This document shows positions 62,731 to 64,000 of a stretch of 64,000 bases of DNA, piece after piece (position 1 is the stretch's first letter; each line of letters begins with the position of its first letter). Location: the IMG/VR virus record IMGVR_UViG_3300009093_000036, positions 64,001 through 128,000 of that record, one strand, 5' to 3'. The position numbers were made by a program, and so were the translations under genes. The notes under the pieces are model-generated. The model did no database searches. It saw nothing but the letters and a program-made list of their open reading frames with translations, and was not told where the DNA came from. The DNA is from a virus.

Positions 62731-63585
62731 TCAGAACTCGACGACGACGGTTCGACGAACCTTCGCTTCGCGTTTCGCCCAGAACTCGACCGAGCTCTGT
62801 GCAACTCCGGTCTCGACAAGCTGATCGACGAACGAGGAGACCTCGCTCTTCGGGACCGGCATGTACCCGCGCGCAGTGGAGTCGACGGCCTGCCACGACA
62901 CCAAGATCATCTCTTCGGCCATGGGAGTCTTCTCCACTTGAACTGGGGGAGGAACGGGTTTCGCAGGAACAGCCGCCTGCTTCGGAGGCGACACTGGAGC
63001 AGGAGGTCTCCCATAGCCACCAGGGTCACCAGGCCTGAAGCCGGGCTTGTTGTGGTACGGGCTGCGCGGGTCGTCGATGGGAAGATCTTGCGGCGCTACT
63101 TCCGGCTTCGGAAGAGCCGGCAGCTTCGCGAGCTGAGCGCCCAGAGCATTCCCGAGAAGCGAAGGCTCCCCGATCTTGTCTGGGGTCCGCGCCCACTTGT
63201 TGATGGCCTTGTTCTGCGCGACCATGTCGTGCGTCAACACGGTGACGAGAGTCGGTCGCCCCGGGTACTTCCGGTCCTCACGGAACAGACCAACGAGGTC
63301 TGCCTCGAAGGTGTCCTGAAGGTCACACACGAAGTTGCAGACGGGGCTCTTCCCATCCGCGACACTCGGAGGTGCGCCTCGCACTACCTCCCACCACTCT
63401 TCGATGAGATCTCCCCGCTTCGCATTCTTCCACCCATCTTCGACGCGCAAGATCAAGTCCTTGTCTGGCATCGCTCGGAAATGAGAGCCCGCAGGTAGGC
63501 GTTCTCTCAGTTTCTCCAGGGCGTGTTCCGACACGCTGATCCCAACTACATCTCGAAGGTTCGGTGCGTTCGCTGCTTTCGCCAT
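62731..63585 (-). CDS. hypothetical protein with Pro-rich linker
   Basis: 284 aa; GAGGAGG RBS. Confidence 0.75.
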   Translation of the reverse strand: MAKAANAPNLRDVVGISVSEHALEKLRERLPAGSHFRAMPDKDLILRVEDGWKNAKRGDLIEEWWEVVRGAPPSVADGKSPVCNFVCDLQDTFEADLVGLFREDRKYPGRPTLVTVLTHDMVAQNKAINKWARTPDKIGEPSLLGNALGAQLAKLPALPKPEVAPQDLPIDDPRSPYHNKPGFRPGDPGGYGRPPAPVSPPKQAAVPAKPVPPPVQVEKTPMAEEMILVSWQAVDSTARGYMPVPKSEVSSFVDQLVETGVAQSSVEFWAKREAKVRRTVVVEF

Positions 63586-63665
63586 GTCATCCTCCTCAAA
63601 AGGGGCTTCTGAAGGCTCGATTCGGTTTGGTACTATACGCGAGCCTTATGCGCCAAACGTCTCGC

Positions 63666-63681
63666 TCATCTTGCTGATAGC
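63666..63681 (-). promoter_or_regulatory. candidate phage promoter
   Basis: GC-TATCAG-CAAGAT-G, hexamer 63674-63679. Confidence 0.55.
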
Positions 63682-63693
63682 TCGTTGTGAGGC

Positions 63694-63726
63694 AAAAATA
63701 GAGGGAACGGCGTACCATTCCCTCTA
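63694..63726 (-). terminator. intrinsic terminator
   Basis: TAGAGGGAA-N10-TTCCCTCTA-TTTTT. Confidence 0.75.
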
Positions 63727-63744
63727 CGAGGCCTCCAAGAGCCT

Positions 63745-64000
63745 TCAATCCGGATTGCGGGCCCAGAACTGTTCGAGGAGCTGGACACAGAGGCCATCGA
63801 GGGCATCGTAGTCCGGTTCCTCCCGCAGCGTGGACGTCTTCACGAGCTCCTTGATCTGAACGCGCTCCGCCTCCGCCCACGCGACGAGAGCATCGTACGA
63901 CCACGCCCCACGCCGAATCGCGAGGAGCTCCTCAGCATCTGGACGGCGAACGAGGACGTAGCCGGTGGTGAGGATCTCCTTGCACATCCGCATCAGCCGG
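63745..64000 (-). CDS. C-terminus of a predicted nucleotidyltransferase (RlaP/PF10127-like), partial
   Basis: RLMRMCKEILTTG...VRRPDAEELLAIRRGAWSYD...LREEPD. Confidence 0.75.
   Translation of the reverse strand, partial: RLMRMCKEILTTGYVLVRRPDAEELLAIRRGAWSYDALVAWAEAERVQIKELVKTSTLREEPDYDALDGLCVQLLEQFWARNPD

Noticed and set aside
206-63038. Many long plus-strand ORFs (for example 38608-40896, 34817-36328, 40683-42230)
   Set aside because: They are antisense shadows of GC3-rich minus-strand genes, with V/L/R/D-rich composition, no motifs and no RBS pattern.
37727-63668. Short uORFs starting right after promoter copies (MKEALRPF..., MYEHSLE..., MSETFGA, MKT)
   Set aside because: The ATG arises from the GAT-G consensus, and the predicted +1 is its G, so the codon would not be fully transcribed.
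1-64000. tRNA, rRNA, CRISPR array, IS/transposase or integrase
   Set aside because: No cloverleaf with T-loop/CCA, no regularly spaced direct repeats and no DDE or tyrosine-recombinase motifs seen by eye. tRNAscan and CRISPR finders would confirm.
1-64000. Alternative genetic code (stop-codon reassignment)
   Set aside because: Recognisable enzymes are full length under code 11, and TGA, TAG and TAA all end genes at coupled junctions.

Overview
This is a 64 kb segment of a large, high-GC tailed bacteriophage genome (GC roughly 63-65% by eye; probably a jumbo phage). About 125 densely packed CDSs all lie on the minus strand, many coupled by ATGA/GTGA overlaps. They use the standard genetic code. 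I found no tRNA, rRNA, CRISPR array or IS element. A host-style DAG-repeat/RCC1 lipoprotein suggests a myxobacterial host (inference). Recognisable genes include a beta-helix tail spike/fibre, a papain-like protease, GroES-like, matrixin-like and TopoVI-A/Toprim proteins, a probable tail-assembly-chaperone pair joined by an A-AAA-AAT -1 frameshift, and a solo HicB. Also present are a HAD phosphatase, an MT-A70 methyltransferase, Thg1, an ATP-dependent DNA ligase, RNase HII, SLOG proteins, NDK, a Mesh1/SpoT-type HD hydrolase, two HNH nucleases, a split RecD2 and a partial nucleotidyltransferase. Most other ORFs are small and hypothetical. The most unusual signals are: (1) an acyl carrier protein whose phosphopantetheine serine is replaced by Asp, alongside two SpoT-HD-like proteins, a possible stringent-response or counter-defence toolkit; (2) a 564-aa protein carrying DNA polymerase I signature motifs in permuted order without motif C; (3) a 12-copy promoter-like motif, CC-TAT(C/A)AR-N6-R, often directly after an intrinsic terminator; (4) long, GU-rich intergenic hairpins; (5) several frameshift, stop-loss or remnant genes. 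All functional calls come from motif recognition by eye; no database searches were run.
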